From assembly GCA_965232515.1 (NCBI GenBank), contig CBDDPY010000002.1:3616001-3680000 (forward strand): a DNA stretch of 64,000 nt. Direction: 5' to 3'. Under the pieces are notes generated by a model. It made no database searches, was not told the DNA's origin, and saw nothing but the letters and a program-made list of their open reading frames with translations. This stretch comes from Alphaproteobacteria bacterium (lineage in GTDB: Bacteria; Pseudomonadota; Alphaproteobacteria; GCA-2731375). A program made the position numbers and the translations under genes. Shown piece by piece: positions 20,910-31,664 of the stretch. Numbering within the stretch: the stretch's first letter is position 1; every line of letters begins with the position of its first letter.

Positions 20910-21347
20910 ATGTCGCGGACCGGTTTGGCCGTTTTCGACCGCACCCTGCAGGTCACCAACCACTGGCTGAACGAGCTCATCGCCGACCTGGACCTCAACG
21001 ACCGGCGGGCCGCCTACGACATCCTGCGCGTGGTGCTGCACGCGCTGCGCGACCGGCTGGTGGTGAACGAGGCCGTCGATCTGGCCGCCCAATTGCCGCT
21101 GCTGGTGCGCGGGATCTACTACGAGGGCTGGGTGCCGGCAAAAACGCCCACCAGGGAACGCCGGCAGGAACAGTTCCTGGCCCATATCGGCGAGGCCCTG
21201 CCGGCGAATATCGGGGTCAGCCCGGCCGACGCCGTCTTCGCCGTTTTCGCCATGCTGGAGACACATATCTCGGAAGGTGAGATGGAGCAGATCTACGGCA
21301 TGTTGCCGACGGAAATCCGCGCCCTGCGACCCACCGTGGTGGACTGA
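20910..21347 (+). CDS. DUF2267 family protein
   Basis: MSRTGLAVFDRTLQVTNHWL...VLHALRDRL...AAQLPLLVRGIYYEGW; GGAGG RBS. Confidence 0.88.
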   Translation: MSRTGLAVFDRTLQVTNHWLNELIADLDLNDRRAAYDILRVVLHALRDRLVVNEAVDLAAQLPLLVRGIYYEGWVPAKTPTRERRQEQFLAHIGEALPANIGVSPADAVFAVFAMLETHISEGEMEQIYGMLPTEIRALRPTVVD

Positions 21348-21454
21348 AAAACGCTGATTTTCCGCCGGTTTGCGTAGGAAGTGCGGCCTCGCTCTGCTAG
21401 TATTTCGGGGATCACATAACTGTCCCCAAAACACCCGAACGAGTACCCGCCAAA

Positions 21455-22612
21455 ATGGACTTTCAGTTAGCCGAAGAGCAGCGGTTGTTTCAGGAATCGG
21501 TGCGCGGTCTGGCGCGCCGGCATCTGGAGGCCGATGCCCTGAAACGCGCGCACGCGCCCGGATTTCCCTTCGACGTCGCCCGCCTGTTCGCCGAACAAGG
21601 CCTGATCGGCATTACCATCCCGGAGGCCGACGGCGGCCAGGGCGGCACGCTGATGGATGCGGTGCTGGCGATCGAGCAGGTCGCGCTGGTCTGTCCGCGC
21701 AGCGCCGACGTCGTCCAGGCCGGCAATTTCGGCGCCATCCGCACCATGGCGGAGTACGCGACGCCGGAACAGAAGGAACGCTATCTGCCGAAGCTGCTGG
21801 CCGGCGAGGCGATCATCGCGCTCGGCATGACGGAAGCCAACGCCGGCTCGGCCGTCACCGACCTCAGCACGTCAGCCCGGCCCGACGGCGACGGTTTCCG
21901 CGTTACCGGCGGCAAGGTCTTTACCAGCAATTCGCCCGACGCCGACGTCTTTCTCGTCTACCTGCGCTATGGCGAGGGCATCGGCGGCATCGGCTCGGTG
22001 CTGATCGAGCGCGGCATGGACGGCTTCGAGTTGGGCCAGCCGTCGACCTACATGAACGGCGAGGAATGGTGCGCGCTCTATTTCGACAATGTCTACGTGC
22101 CGCCCGAGAACGTGCTGCTGGGACCCGGCGGCTTCAAGCAGCAGATCGCCGGCTTCAACGCCGAGCGCATCGGCAACACCGCGCGCTCGCTGGCGCTCGG
22201 CCAGTTCGCCTTCGAAACCGCCCGCGAACACGCCATGACGCGCGAGCAGTTCGGCCGCCCGCTCTGCGATTTCCAGGGCATTCAGTGGAAATTCGCCGAC
22301 ATGCAGGTGCAGATCGACGCCGGCCGGCTGCTGCTCTACCGCGCCGCCATCAATGCCGACCGCGGCCTGCCGTCGGCGCAGGAGACCTCGATCGCCAAGG
22401 CCTTCTGCAACCGCGCCGGCTTCGACATCTGCAACGAGGCCATGCAGGTCATGGGCGGCACCGGCTATTCCAAGGAATCGCTGGTCGAATACTGCTTCCG
22501 CAAGTCACGCGGCTGGCAGATCGCCGGCGGCTCGACCGAGATGATGAAGAACCGCATCGCCGAAGGCGTCTTCGGCCGCCGCTTCTCCCAACGCCCGCCG
22601 AAGGCGTCGTGA
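21455..22612 (+). CDS. Acyl-CoA dehydrogenase family
   Basis: GMTEANAGS, GGKVFTS, REQFGRPLCDFQGIQWKFADM, IAGGSTE motifs. Confidence 0.95.
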   Translation: MDFQLAEEQRLFQESVRGLARRHLEADALKRAHAPGFPFDVARLFAEQGLIGITIPEADGGQGGTLMDAVLAIEQVALVCPRSADVVQAGNFGAIRTMAEYATPEQKERYLPKLLAGEAIIALGMTEANAGSAVTDLSTSARPDGDGFRVTGGKVFTSNSPDADVFLVYLRYGEGIGGIGSVLIERGMDGFELGQPSTYMNGEEWCALYFDNVYVPPENVLLGPGGFKQQIAGFNAERIGNTARSLALGQFAFETAREHAMTREQFGRPLCDFQGIQWKFADMQVQIDAGRLLLYRAAINADRGLPSAQETSIAKAFCNRAGFDICNEAMQVMGGTGYSKESLVEYCFRKSRGWQIAGGSTEMMKNRIAEGVFGRRFSQRPPKAS

Positions 22613-22628
22613 CCAGCGGGCCCGCAGG

Positions 22629-24716
22629 ATGACCGATCCGTCGCTGGCCCGGGCCCTGCTCAAACCGCGCAGCATCGCGCTGGTCGGCGCGTCGGCGGAT
22701 CCGGCCAAGACCAGCGCCCGGCCGCAGCGGTATCTGCAGAAACATGGCTATGCCGGCCGGCTGCTGCCGATAAATCCGGGCCGCGACGAGATCTTCGGCG
22801 TGCCGAGCTATCCCAGCCTCGGCGACGCGCCGGGCCCGATCGATCACGCCTTCATCATGCTGAACGGCGCGGCCGCGGTGTCGGCCATCGAAGACTGCGC
22901 CAAGCTCGGCATTCCCTGCGCGACCCTCCTGGCTGGCGGCTTCGCCGAGGCGGGCGCGGACGGGCAACAACGGCAGGACGCCCTGCTGGCGACGGCACGC
23001 GCGGGCGGCGTGCGCCTGCTGGGACCCAACAGCATCGGCCTGATCAACATCGCCGACCGCGTCACCTTGAGCGCCAATGCCATGCTCGAGCTGCCCGAGC
23101 TGACCGCCGGCCGCTTCGGCGTAATCTCGCAGAGCGGCAGTCTGATCGGCGCGCTGCTGTCGCATGGGCAGGCGCGCGGCATCGGTTTCTCGGCGCTGGT
23201 CTCCGTCGGCAACGAAGCCGATCTCGGCGTCGGCGAGATCGGCGAGATGCTGGTCGACGACCCCAATACCGACGCCATCCTGCTGTTCCTGGAAACGCTG
23301 CGGTCGCGCGAGGCCGTCGCCGCCATGGCCCGCCGCGCCGATGCCGCCGGCAAGCCGGTGATCGCCTACAAGCTCGGCCGCTCCGAGGTCGGCCAAGCAT
23401 TGGCGCAGTCGCACACCGGTGCCATCGCCGGCTCCGATGCGACCTTCGATGCCTTCGTGCGCCAGCACGGCATCGCCCGCGTACAGACCTTCGAAGCGCT
23501 GATCGAGACCGCGCCCTTGTTCGTCGGCCGCCAGCCACCGGCCGGCCGGCGCGTCACGGTCGCCACCACGACCGGCGGCGGCGCCGCCATGGTGATCGAC
23601 AATCTGGGCGCGCTGGGTATCGAGGTGCTGCCCGCGTCGGACGCCGTGCAGCAACGGCTCGCCGCGGCCGGCGTCCCGCATGACGGCGGACGACTGGTCG
23701 ACCTGACGCTCGCCGGCGCCAAGCCGGAGATCGTCAGCGGCGTGATCGGCGACCTGATGGCCATGCCCGATTGCGACGCGGTGGTGATGGTGGTCGGCTC
23801 ATCGGCGCAGTTCCGGCCCGAGCTCGCCGTGGCGCCGCTGGCGCAATGGGCCGACTCGCCCAAGCCGCTCGCGGTCTACCTCGCGCCCAAAGCCGCCGAG
23901 TCGCTGCGGCGACTGGTGTCCGACGGCATTGCCGCCTTCCGCACACCCGAATCCTGCGCCGACGGCCTCGCCGCCTTCCTGACCCGACGTCCGCCCACTG
24001 AAACGGCCGTCAGCGATACGGCCGCCGTCGCCAAGGCCAAACAACAGCTTGACGCGATCGCGCCTGACGCGCTCGATGAAGCTGCCGCCATGGCCGTGTT
24101 CGCGGCGCTCGGCATTCCCACCGCCCCAACCGAGCGGGTCGCCAACGCCGATGCGGCCATCGACGCCGCCGCGCGGATCGGCTACCCCGTCGCGGTGAAG
24201 GTCGCCGCCGCCAGCATCGCGCACAAAACAGAGGCCGGCGGCGTGGTGCTCGATATCGGCGACGCCGAGGCGCTGGCCGCGGCCTGCGGGCAAATCCTCG
24301 AAAAGGCGCGTGCCACGGCGCCGGACGCCGGCCTCACGATCCAGAAGATGGCGCGCGGCCGGGCGGAGGTGCTGCTGGGCTATCGCCACGATCCGCTGGT
24401 CGGGCCGACCGTCACCCTCGGCGCCGGCGGCGTGCTGGCCGAGATTTATGCCGACGCGGCCACGCGCCTCGCCCCGGTGTCGCGCAGCGATGCGCAGGCG
24501 ATGATCGAGGAGGTCCGCGGCCTCGCGCCGATCCGCGGCTATCGCGGCCTGCCGCCCGGCGATTGCGATGCGCTGGCCAACGCCATTGTCGCGCTGTCGG
24601 CGCTGGCCGAGATCGACGACATCGTCGAGGCCGAGATCAACCCGCTGATCGTCAACGCCGCCGGCGACGGCGTCGTCGCCGTCGATGGATTGATCGTGCG
24701 GCGAGCCACGGCCTAA
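22629..24716 (+). CDS. Acetate/acyl-CoA ligase (ADP-forming) family, fused subunits
   Basis: PRSIALVGAS, LGPNSIG, SQSG, SVGNEADL, SHTGAIAG, HKTEAGGV and EINPL motifs. Confidence 0.93.
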   Translation: MTDPSLARALLKPRSIALVGASADPAKTSARPQRYLQKHGYAGRLLPINPGRDEIFGVPSYPSLGDAPGPIDHAFIMLNGAAAVSAIEDCAKLGIPCATLLAGGFAEAGADGQQRQDALLATARAGGVRLLGPNSIGLINIADRVTLSANAMLELPELTAGRFGVISQSGSLIGALLSHGQARGIGFSALVSVGNEADLGVGEIGEMLVDDPNTDAILLFLETLRSREAVAAMARRADAAGKPVIAYKLGRSEVGQALAQSHTGAIAGSDATFDAFVRQHGIARVQTFEALIETAPLFVGRQPPAGRRVTVATTTGGGAAMVIDNLGALGIEVLPASDAVQQRLAAAGVPHDGGRLVDLTLAGAKPEIVSGVIGDLMAMPDCDAVVMVVGSSAQFRPELAVAPLAQWADSPKPLAVYLAPKAAESLRRLVSDGIAAFRTPESCADGLAAFLTRRPPTETAVSDTAAVAKAKQQLDAIAPDALDEAAAMAVFAALGIPTAPTERVANADAAIDAAARIGYPVAVKVAAASIAHKTEAGGVVLDIGDAEALAAACGQILEKARATAPDAGLTIQKMARGRAEVLLGYRHDPLVGPTVTLGAGGVLAEIYADAATRLAPVSRSDAQAMIEEVRGLAPIRGYRGLPPGDCDALANAIVALSALAEIDDIVEAEINPLIVNAAGDGVVAVDGLIVRRATA

Positions 24717-24768
24717 TAGACTGACGGCGGGGCAATCGCCACACATCGAGAGACGGCACACGTTGCTC

Positions 24769-24857
24769 CTGGATGCCCGTGTCAAGCACGGGCATGACGG
24801 ATAAGCTATTGAATTTTCTATCTATTCGTCATTGCCGGGCTTGACCCGGCAATCCAG
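24769..24857. repeat. Inverted pair of REP/RPE4-like palindromes
   Basis: ctggatgcccgtgtcaagcacgggcatgacgg (24769-24800) and tcgtcattgccgggcttgacccggcaatccag (24826-24857) flank an AT-rich spacer. Confidence 0.85.
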
Positions 24858-24885
24858 ATACCCGTGCTCTCAGCGGCGCATCCCC

Positions 24886-27800
24886 TCAATAGCGCCGCTC
24901 GAGCGTGACGCCGATGTCGCTGTCGGCGGTGGCGCCGACCGAGCTTTCGAGCGACAGCCAGGGCAGCACTTTGTACTCCAGCACCGCGCGCGAGCTTTGC
25001 GCCGTCAGGCCCTGGCGCATGCCGAGATAGACGTCGTCGGTGATGTACTTGCCGGCCCTCAGTGTCGCGCTCCCGACGCCTTCGCCCTCGCCGCTCTCGA
25101 TATCGAGCGCGTCCAGTCCCAACGACCGCCGGATGTCGCTGACGATGCCGCCGGAGCCGAGCTGGCCCGACAGCACCAGCGCCGACTGGCCAAGCTGAAA
25201 GGCCTGGACGGCGCTGAGCGAGCCGACATCCTTGCCGAACAGCACGCGCGACAGAATTTCATCCTGCGGCAGCGGCGGCGTCGACAGCAAGGTGACCTCC
25301 GGGCTCAGCACCGGCCCGTCGATGCGCACTTCGGCCGTGATGTCGGCGGCCTGCGCCGCCGCCTGCAAATCGAGATCGGCGTCGACATTGCCCCGCTCCG
25401 TTGTCGACACGTCGATCAGGCCGCGCTGGAACTCGAACGACCGGCCGGCCAGCGCAAACGTGCCGCGTACGATCTCGAGCTGGCCGTTGACGACGGGCCG
25501 GCTGAGCCAGCCGCCGACCTGGAAGCCGCCCCGCCACTCGGAATCGAGCCCCCGCCCGCGCACGAACACCTGGCCCGGCAAGTCGACCGTCACATCCAGT
25601 CTGACGTCGCCCTCGGCCTCATCCGTCGACGACGGAGCCGCCTCCGTCTCTCCAGTCTGACGGTCCGGCGGCAAGTTGATCTCGGTCACCTCGATGCTGC
25701 TGACGCTGACCGGCAGCTTGCTCGGGATCTCGATATCGGCCTTGTCCACGGTCAACGTGCCCGACAACAGCAGGTCGCGAAACGGCCCGGCCAGCCGCAG
25801 GTCGCCGCTCGTCGTGGCATGGACCTCGTCGATCCGGGCGATGCTCAGTGTCGTCAGGTTCACGGACAGATCGACGCTCCCGATGCCCCCTTCGCCGAAC
25901 GTGACAGCGCCACCGCCCGAGAGACGCCCGTTACTGTCGTCGGTCGCGGTCAGGTTCTGGAGCAGCAAGCGCCGCTCGTCGCCGGCGAGCCGCAGCCCGG
26001 CATCGCGTAGCACGAAACCGCTGGCGTCGTTGGCGTAGAAGCCATCCGTCAGGCCGCCCTCGCCCTCGACACGCGGCCGCGCCAACGTGCCTGCAACCGA
26101 GATCTCCCCGGCGAACCGTCCGGTCATGCTGTGGCCGTCGGGCGCGAACAACGGACTCAACCGCGCGATGTCGCCGTCGATCGTCAGGCGTACGTCCAAC
26201 GGCTCGGTCTCGGGCAGAGTGAAGCGATAGGCCACGAGATCGCCCCGCAGCGGCAGACTGCCCGCCACTTGCGCGGTCAGGCCATCGACCCCTTCGATGC
26301 CGGCCTGAAGCGTCGCCTGCCCATCGCGCCAGGCACTCTGCGCCGAGACGCCGATGGGCGGCAAGTCGCCTCCCGCCTGGTCGAGCAGCGTCAAGTCGGC
26401 GATCCTTAGCTCGGCCGTCAGATCCGGGGCCGTCGGCGTGCCGGTCAGCTTGACTTGTGCCGTCGCCGTGCCGTCGATCGCCGGCCCGCCGATCAACGCC
26501 GCGAACGGTCCGACCGTCAAGGCGTCGACCGCGATATCCGCCGCGACCCGTTCGGTGCCCAAGTCCAGACCGCCGCGCACCCGGCCGGCGCCGATGCCGA
26601 GATCCAGGTCCGCGACCGCAATGGCCGTGTCCGTTCGCGTCATCCGGACCGGCGCGGCCAGGCCTAGCGCTTCCCCAGCGAGACGACCGTTGAGCCGGTC
26701 CACGACCGCTTCCACCGTCTGCTCGCGCCAGCCAATGGCGCCACCGGCTTCCAAAACGGCGTCTAGGCTTTCGGGTCCGTTGACCCGCAGATTGAAATCC
26801 AGCGCATTGCCCGCGAGCGCAGCGCCGATGCCCAAGTCTTGCAGGCGCTGACCGCCGACATCGATTTCCCAGGCGACGGCCTGCAAGTCGCCCGCCGGCG
26901 CGTCGAACGGCCGCCGCAGATTGGCGCTCGCCTGCAGGCCGGCCGCGGTCAGTTCGTCCAGCCGCGGCGACATGGCCGTAACTTTGGCGGCCAGCGTCTG
27001 CACATCCGCATCGGCGGCCAGCGTCGCGTCGATCTCGGCGCTGCCGTCGAGATCGACGCCGGCCAGCGACGAAAGCGCCTGCAGGCGCGGCAGGCGCGCC
27101 TTGATCGGTCCGCTGACCAACCCGCGCGTCGTGTCGACCGTCAGATCCGCATCGGCGCTAAGGGCGTCACCGCTCACCTGAAGGCCGGCGATCTCGACGA
27201 TGTTGCCGTCGAGACGGAACGCACCTTGCGCATCCGCCGCCAGATCCCGCCAGGCCGCCGACACCGTCACCTCGCCGGCCGGCGCCGACACCGGCTTCGG
27301 CACATCAGCTGTAACGGAAACCGTGACGCCGTCGATGTCGGCAATCCGGATCTGCCGCCCGTCGGCATTCAGGACAATTGCCGGATCGGCGGGATCGCCC
27401 CGCAATCGCGCCCGGCCATTGACCGCGCCGGCCACATCGATGCCCAGCGCCGGCGTCAGCGGGGCCAGATCGGCAACCGTGACAGCCAGATCCGCCGTGA
27501 GGTCGACAAAGGCGCCATCGACGGCGGCATTGCCGGTCAGCGTAACGCCGCCGCCCGCGAGGCGCAGGGTCTCGACGCGCAATCCGGCGACCGCCGCATA
27601 GCGCGCCGATGCCCGATAGCCCACCTCTTCGCCGACAAGGGCGTCGACTGTTGCGATGCCGGTCGCGAACCGCTGCACCTCGCCGTCGAGCGCCATGCCG
27701 ATCTCGCCGTCGACGTTGCCCTCGATCCGGACGTTGGCGGCCGCGCTGCCCCGCAGATCCGGCAGGTCGTCCTTGGCGATTGTGGCAATGTCGGTAATCT

Positions 27801-29241
27801 CGACCGCGGCGGTCAGGTCCAACGCGCCGTCGGCCTCGATACGACCCGAGGCCGTCGCCGACAGCGGCGCCGCCGTTACGTTGATGGACGCGATCTGCAC
27901 GCCGCCGGCCGCCTCGACCGTCATCGTGTAATCGCCATTCACATCGCCGGCGATCACGGGCGGCGGCACGCCCTCGAGCGTCAGTCCGTCCGCCGCAAAG
28001 CGGCCGCGCAAGCCGATCTCCCCGCCGTCCGCCGCCTTGAAAACGGCATTGCCTTCGGTGCCAAACGTCCGCGCCACGAATGCGTCGACGCCGGCGTCCT
28101 GCGCGGTCACGGCATAGACGGCGGAAATATTCTCCAGATCGCCGTCGAGTTCGACCGCCGCGTCAAACGCGCCCTGCAGCGGCATCTGGGTCAGATCGCT
28201 GAACGGCGCGAGGCGGCCGGCGATTGTGACCTTTCCGGACAGGCGCTCGCCGATCGGATCAACGCGGCCCGAGGCAGCGGCGCGCAGCGCTTCGGTCTCG
28301 ATCCGGACGCTGTCGATATCGATCGGTCCGGTAGCGGAACGCGTCAGCGCCGCCTCGAACGAGATGTTCGGCCCGGCCACGGGCCGGTATGCAATCGGCA
28401 ACGCCGCCGCGATTGCGGCGTCGCCGGCCAACTGCGCCCGCAGGCCGTTTTCCACCCGCGCCAGCGTCAGTTGGGCCCGCGCCGAGGCGACGTCGCCGGC
28501 ATCGGCGTCGAGGGTGAGTGTCAGGTCGTCGACCGGACCCTCGCCCTTGGCCCGCAGACGCACCGCGGGCAGCCCCGGCAAATCAAGCAGGCGCGCCAGC
28601 AAACCGCCTTCCGGCTCCTCGGCCTCGACATCAAGCGACAAGCGGTTGGCGACCGCATCGTGTGTCAGCCGGACATCCGCCCTTGCCGGCGCATCCGTGC
28701 GGCGCAGCTTTGCCTCGACCGCGATGGCGCGGCCATCGCGCGGAATGTCGAGCGTGGCCTCGAGCGTCAATTCGGCCGGCACGCCCAGCACATCCACCCC
28801 AATATCGATCACCGGCACGGACAGATCGTTGACGGCGACATCGACCGGCGGCAGCAGGGCGGCCATATCGACCGGATCGTCGCCGGCGCCGGGCTCCGCC
28901 GATGGTTGCCGCTCGACGGTGATCCGCGCGGCCTGCAAGACGTCGATATCCAAACGACCCCGCAGCAGTCCGCTCGGCGACCAGTCGAGGCGCAGCTCGT
29001 CCGCCCGCAACCACACGCCATCCGGATCGCGCAGCTCGAGCCGCTCGACGGTCAGCCGGTCGGGCACGCGACCCGAGAGACCGGTGACGCGCGCATCTTC
29101 CGCTAAAAACCGGTTGATCAGGCCCTCGACGGCCGCACGCCCCGGCCCCGTATTCGCCGCCGCGAGCAGCAACAGCGGCAGCAAAACGACGAAAGCAAGG
29201 ACGCCCGAAACCCAAAAGGCGCGCCGCCTGATGCGGGTCAT
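24886..29241 (-). CDS. tamB: Translocation/assembly module TamB (DUF490)
   Basis: N-terminal TM, 1451 aa beta-rich, VFVRGRGLDSEW, S.PPLPQDEILSRVLFGK, GKYITDDVY. Confidence 0.92.
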   Translation of the reverse strand: MTRIRRRAFWVSGVLAFVVLLPLLLLAAANTGPGRAAVEGLINRFLAEDARVTGLSGRVPDRLTVERLELRDPDGVWLRADELRLDWSPSGLLRGRLDIDVLQAARITVERQPSAEPGAGDDPVDMAALLPPVDVAVNDLSVPVIDIGVDVLGVPAELTLEATLDIPRDGRAIAVEAKLRRTDAPARADVRLTHDAVANRLSLDVEAEEPEGGLLARLLDLPGLPAVRLRAKGEGPVDDLTLTLDADAGDVASARAQLTLARVENGLRAQLAGDAAIAAALPIAYRPVAGPNISFEAALTRSATGPIDIDSVRIETEALRAAASGRVDPIGERLSGKVTIAGRLAPFSDLTQMPLQGAFDAAVELDGDLENISAVYAVTAQDAGVDAFVARTFGTEGNAVFKAADGGEIGLRGRFAADGLTLEGVPPPVIAGDVNGDYTMTVEAAGGVQIASINVTAAPLSATASGRIEADGALDLTAAVEITDIATIAKDDLPDLRGSAAANVRIEGNVDGEIGMALDGEVQRFATGIATVDALVGEEVGYRASARYAAVAGLRVETLRLAGGGVTLTGNAAVDGAFVDLTADLAVTVADLAPLTPALGIDVAGAVNGRARLRGDPADPAIVLNADGRQIRIADIDGVTVSVTADVPKPVSAPAGEVTVSAAWRDLAADAQGAFRLDGNIVEIAGLQVSGDALSADADLTVDTTRGLVSGPIKARLPRLQALSSLAGVDLDGSAEIDATLAADADVQTLAAKVTAMSPRLDELTAAGLQASANLRRPFDAPAGDLQAVAWEIDVGGQRLQDLGIGAALAGNALDFNLRVNGPESLDAVLEAGGAIGWREQTVEAVVDRLNGRLAGEALGLAAPVRMTRTDTAIAVADLDLGIGAGRVRGGLDLGTERVAADIAVDALTVGPFAALIGGPAIDGTATAQVKLTGTPTAPDLTAELRIADLTLLDQAGGDLPPIGVSAQSAWRDGQATLQAGIEGVDGLTAQVAGSLPLRGDLVAYRFTLPETEPLDVRLTIDGDIARLSPLFAPDGHSMTGRFAGEISVAGTLARPRVEGEGGLTDGFYANDASGFVLRDAGLRLAGDERRLLLQNLTATDDSNGRLSGGGAVTFGEGGIGSVDLSVNLTTLSIARIDEVHATTSGDLRLAGPFRDLLLSGTLTVDKADIEIPSKLPVSVSSIEVTEINLPPDRQTGETEAAPSSTDEAEGDVRLDVTVDLPGQVFVRGRGLDSEWRGGFQVGGWLSRPVVNGQLEIVRGTFALAGRSFEFQRGLIDVSTTERGNVDADLDLQAAAQAADITAEVRIDGPVLSPEVTLLSTPPLPQDEILSRVLFGKDVGSLSAVQAFQLGQSALVLSGQLGSGGIVSDIRRSLGLDALDIESGEGEGVGSATLRAGKYITDDVYLGMRQGLTAQSSRAVLEYKVLPWLSLESSVGATADSDIGVTLERRY

Positions 29242-29247
29242 TGCCGG

Positions 29248-31086
29248 CTAAAACGCCTGTCCGAGACTGACATAGATCTGAAAATCGTCGTCGACGCTGC
29301 GCTTGTCCAGGGGCACCGCGACGTCGAGACGCAATGGCCCCACCGGCGTGAAGTAGCGGAATCCGACGCCGGCGCCGAAAAACAGCTCCTCGTCGAGGTC
29401 GGGCAGGTTGTCCTCGTAGACGTTGCCGCCATCGAGAAACACGACGCCGCCGAGCGTCTCGGTAATCCGGGCCCGAAATTCGATCGAGCCGGCGAGCAGC
29501 GCCCGGCCGCCCAATGGGTCGTCCTCCGCATCCAGCGGACCGACGAGCTGAAACTCGTAACCGCGAATGGTGTCGGCGCCACCGGCATAGAAACGCTTGT
29601 CCGACGGCACACCGCGACGGCTTTCGCCGACGATGCTGCCAATGGTGCCGCGGCCGGCGAGGATGAACCGCTTGTCGCGGTCGAGCGCCAGATGCGCGCT
29701 GTCCGAGAACCGCAGCACGGCGAAATTGGCATCGGTGTCGCCGATGCCGGTATAGGGCGTCGCCGAGAGCTGCGCCCGGCCGCCGCTGGTCGGGTTCAGA
29801 AGATCGTCCGTGGTGTCGCGGATCAGCGCCAGCGGCAGGCCGATCAGATTGAATTTTTCGTCGCCGAACTCGTCCTCCAGACGGGTGCGCTCGATGCTGA
29901 CGCCGGCGGAGCCCCGGAACGCTTCGCCAAGCGGCCGGTCGATCACCGCCGAGGCGCCGACCGTGTCGGCGTCGAACGCCTCCGGCCGCTCGCGCGACGC
30001 CGTCGCGCTCAAGATCAGCGACTGGCTGTCGGCCAAAAACGCCGGAATGCGCAGCGATGTCTCCAGCGACTGCGCCTCGGAAGCGGCCACGGCCTGCACG
30101 CGCAGGCGTTCGGCCGAGCCGAAGAAGTTGCGATGCTCCCAGAACGCGGTTGCGCCGAGTCCTTCGCTGGTCGATGCCTTCAGACCCGCGCCGACCGAGC
30201 GTGCCGCGTCCTCGATAAGCGCAATGCGCATGGGCGCCCGACCGTCCGGCGGCCCGGTCTGCGGATAGCTGACCGACACGGACGAAAACAGGCCGCTCCG
30301 CGACAGCGCCCGCCGCGTCGCCCGGACCTGCCGCAGATCGAACGGCGCGCCCTCCTGCCACTGCACGTCGCGGCGCACGACCTCGTCATCCACCGCCGCC
30401 AACCCGGCGATCTCGGTACCGCCGAATACCGTGTAGGCCCCCGGCGCCAGGACGAACGAGACCGAGACTGATGTCATGGCATGGTCCACCACGACCTCGC
30501 GGTCCGCGACCACCGCATAGGGATAGCCGGTCCAGCCCAGACGTTCGATCAGGCGCTGCTGCGCAGCCAGAATGTCCTCGGCCCGGGACCGGGCGCCCGG
30601 CAGCAGGCCCAGTTCGTCATAGTTCAAACCGCCGAGATCGGGCGTCGGCCCATCGCCGCGAAAGCGGATATCGACGCCTTCCAGGCTGAACGGCGGTCCG
30701 GTCTCGACATCGAGCGTCACCGCGAACGCGCCATCGGCCTCGACGGGCGGCTGCAGTTGAAACGCCACCGTGCCGGCATAATAGCCCTCGGCCCGCAACA
30801 CCTCGCGCAGGCGCGCGGTGTCGTCCCGCGCCCGCCGCCGCAGCACGCCTTCCGTCGCCACCGGCTCGCCCTTGCGGCGTTCCAGCTCGGACACCGCCAG
30901 CAGCAGCTCGGCCAAGCGGTCGTTCTCGATCTCCGAGAGCGTCACGTCATAAGTGATCTCGGCATGTGCCGGTCCCGGTGTCAGAACCAGCAGGACACCG
31001 ATGACGCACCGCGCGATCAGACGGCGAAATCGACGCGGCTCTGTGCTTCGCAAAACCAAACTCCGGCGGTATCGACGCCGTTCCAC
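29248..31086 (-). CDS. tamA: Autotransporter assembly factor TamA (Omp85 family)
   Basis: POTRA motifs (LRAEGYY), RFYAGG..IRGY, GVGFRYFTPVGPLRLDVAVPL, C-terminal YVSLGQAF; start uncertain. Confidence 0.92.
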   Translation of the reverse strand: MERRRYRRSLVLRSTEPRRFRRLIARCVIGVLLVLTPGPAHAEITYDVTLSEIENDRLAELLLAVSELERRKGEPVATEGVLRRRARDDTARLREVLRAEGYYAGTVAFQLQPPVEADGAFAVTLDVETGPPFSLEGVDIRFRGDGPTPDLGGLNYDELGLLPGARSRAEDILAAQQRLIERLGWTGYPYAVVADREVVVDHAMTSVSVSFVLAPGAYTVFGGTEIAGLAAVDDEVVRRDVQWQEGAPFDLRQVRATRRALSRSGLFSSVSVSYPQTGPPDGRAPMRIALIEDAARSVGAGLKASTSEGLGATAFWEHRNFFGSAERLRVQAVAASEAQSLETSLRIPAFLADSQSLILSATASRERPEAFDADTVGASAVIDRPLGEAFRGSAGVSIERTRLEDEFGDEKFNLIGLPLALIRDTTDDLLNPTSGGRAQLSATPYTGIGDTDANFAVLRFSDSAHLALDRDKRFILAGRGTIGSIVGESRRGVPSDKRFYAGGADTIRGYEFQLVGPLDAEDDPLGGRALLAGSIEFRARITETLGGVVFLDGGNVYEDNLPDLDEELFFGAGVGFRYFTPVGPLRLDVAVPLDKRSVDDDFQIYVSLGQAF

Positions 31087-31280
31087 CGCCCGGCTGCCGC
31101 GACGCCGCCAACGACCGATTCGGCCGAATCATCGCAAAACGCAGCGCCCGTTACCCGCGGTCCCAACTCCATCCCACCGGCAATAGCAGGTCGCATCGCC
31201 GTCCGACAAGCGTGCGACACGTCCTGTGCAGCGCCGGCAAGCCGGTCAGGCGCACCGGTTTCGTTCGTGGAATGTGGGAA

Positions 31281-31331
31281 AAGGATTGGCGCGCTCGGGA
31301 AGATTCGAACTCCCGACCCCCAGATTCGTAG
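31281..31331 (-). repeat. att site: duplicated 3' half of tRNA-Arg (51-bp direct repeat with 32646-32696)
   Basis: aaggattggcgcgctcgggaagattcgaactcccgacccccagattcgtag is identical at both positions; identity ends in the anticodon loop. Confidence 0.93.
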
Positions 31332-31511
31332 GTTTGAGATCGAGCTAGCGAAATCAATGGGTTAGCCGTTTCTTGCCCCGTTCTTGCTCCGACTATCATC
31401 TCTAAACTGACGATGCAGCCAGAGCGCATTCAAACACGTCTGCAAGAATCTGAAAAAAATTTGGCGAAGCACTGTTGTCAGTTCAACCAGCATCCCCAAC
31501 ATTGAGGCAAG

Positions 31512-31661
31512 TTGGCGCGAAAATCGCACCAACCGAGAAAAGGAAAAAAGAAATGGTAGTATAAACACGGCTATAAGCCGAAGAGAGGTCGAAGGCGGAT
31601 TGTCTTTGATCTGGAAGTGCGGATTCGCGGTTTAACGATTACGATCCGCATAAACTACTAG
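31512..31661 (+). pseudogene. Basic 49-codon small ORF interrupted by an in-frame TAG
   Basis: GAGG RBS, TTG start: MARKSHQPRKGKKKW*YKHGYKPKRGRRRIVFDLEVRIRGLTITIRINY*; followed by a terminator-like hairpin. Confidence 0.4.
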
Positions 31662-31664
31662 CCT

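Noticed and set aside
31287-31331. Second tRNA-Arg gene
   Set aside because: Only the 3' half is present, with no D-arm or 5' acceptor strand; it is an att duplication.
31362-31568. 68-aa minus-strand ORF in the mini-element
   Set aside because: It runs through the arm and IHF sites, has no clear RBS, and is antisense to the better-supported basic ORF.
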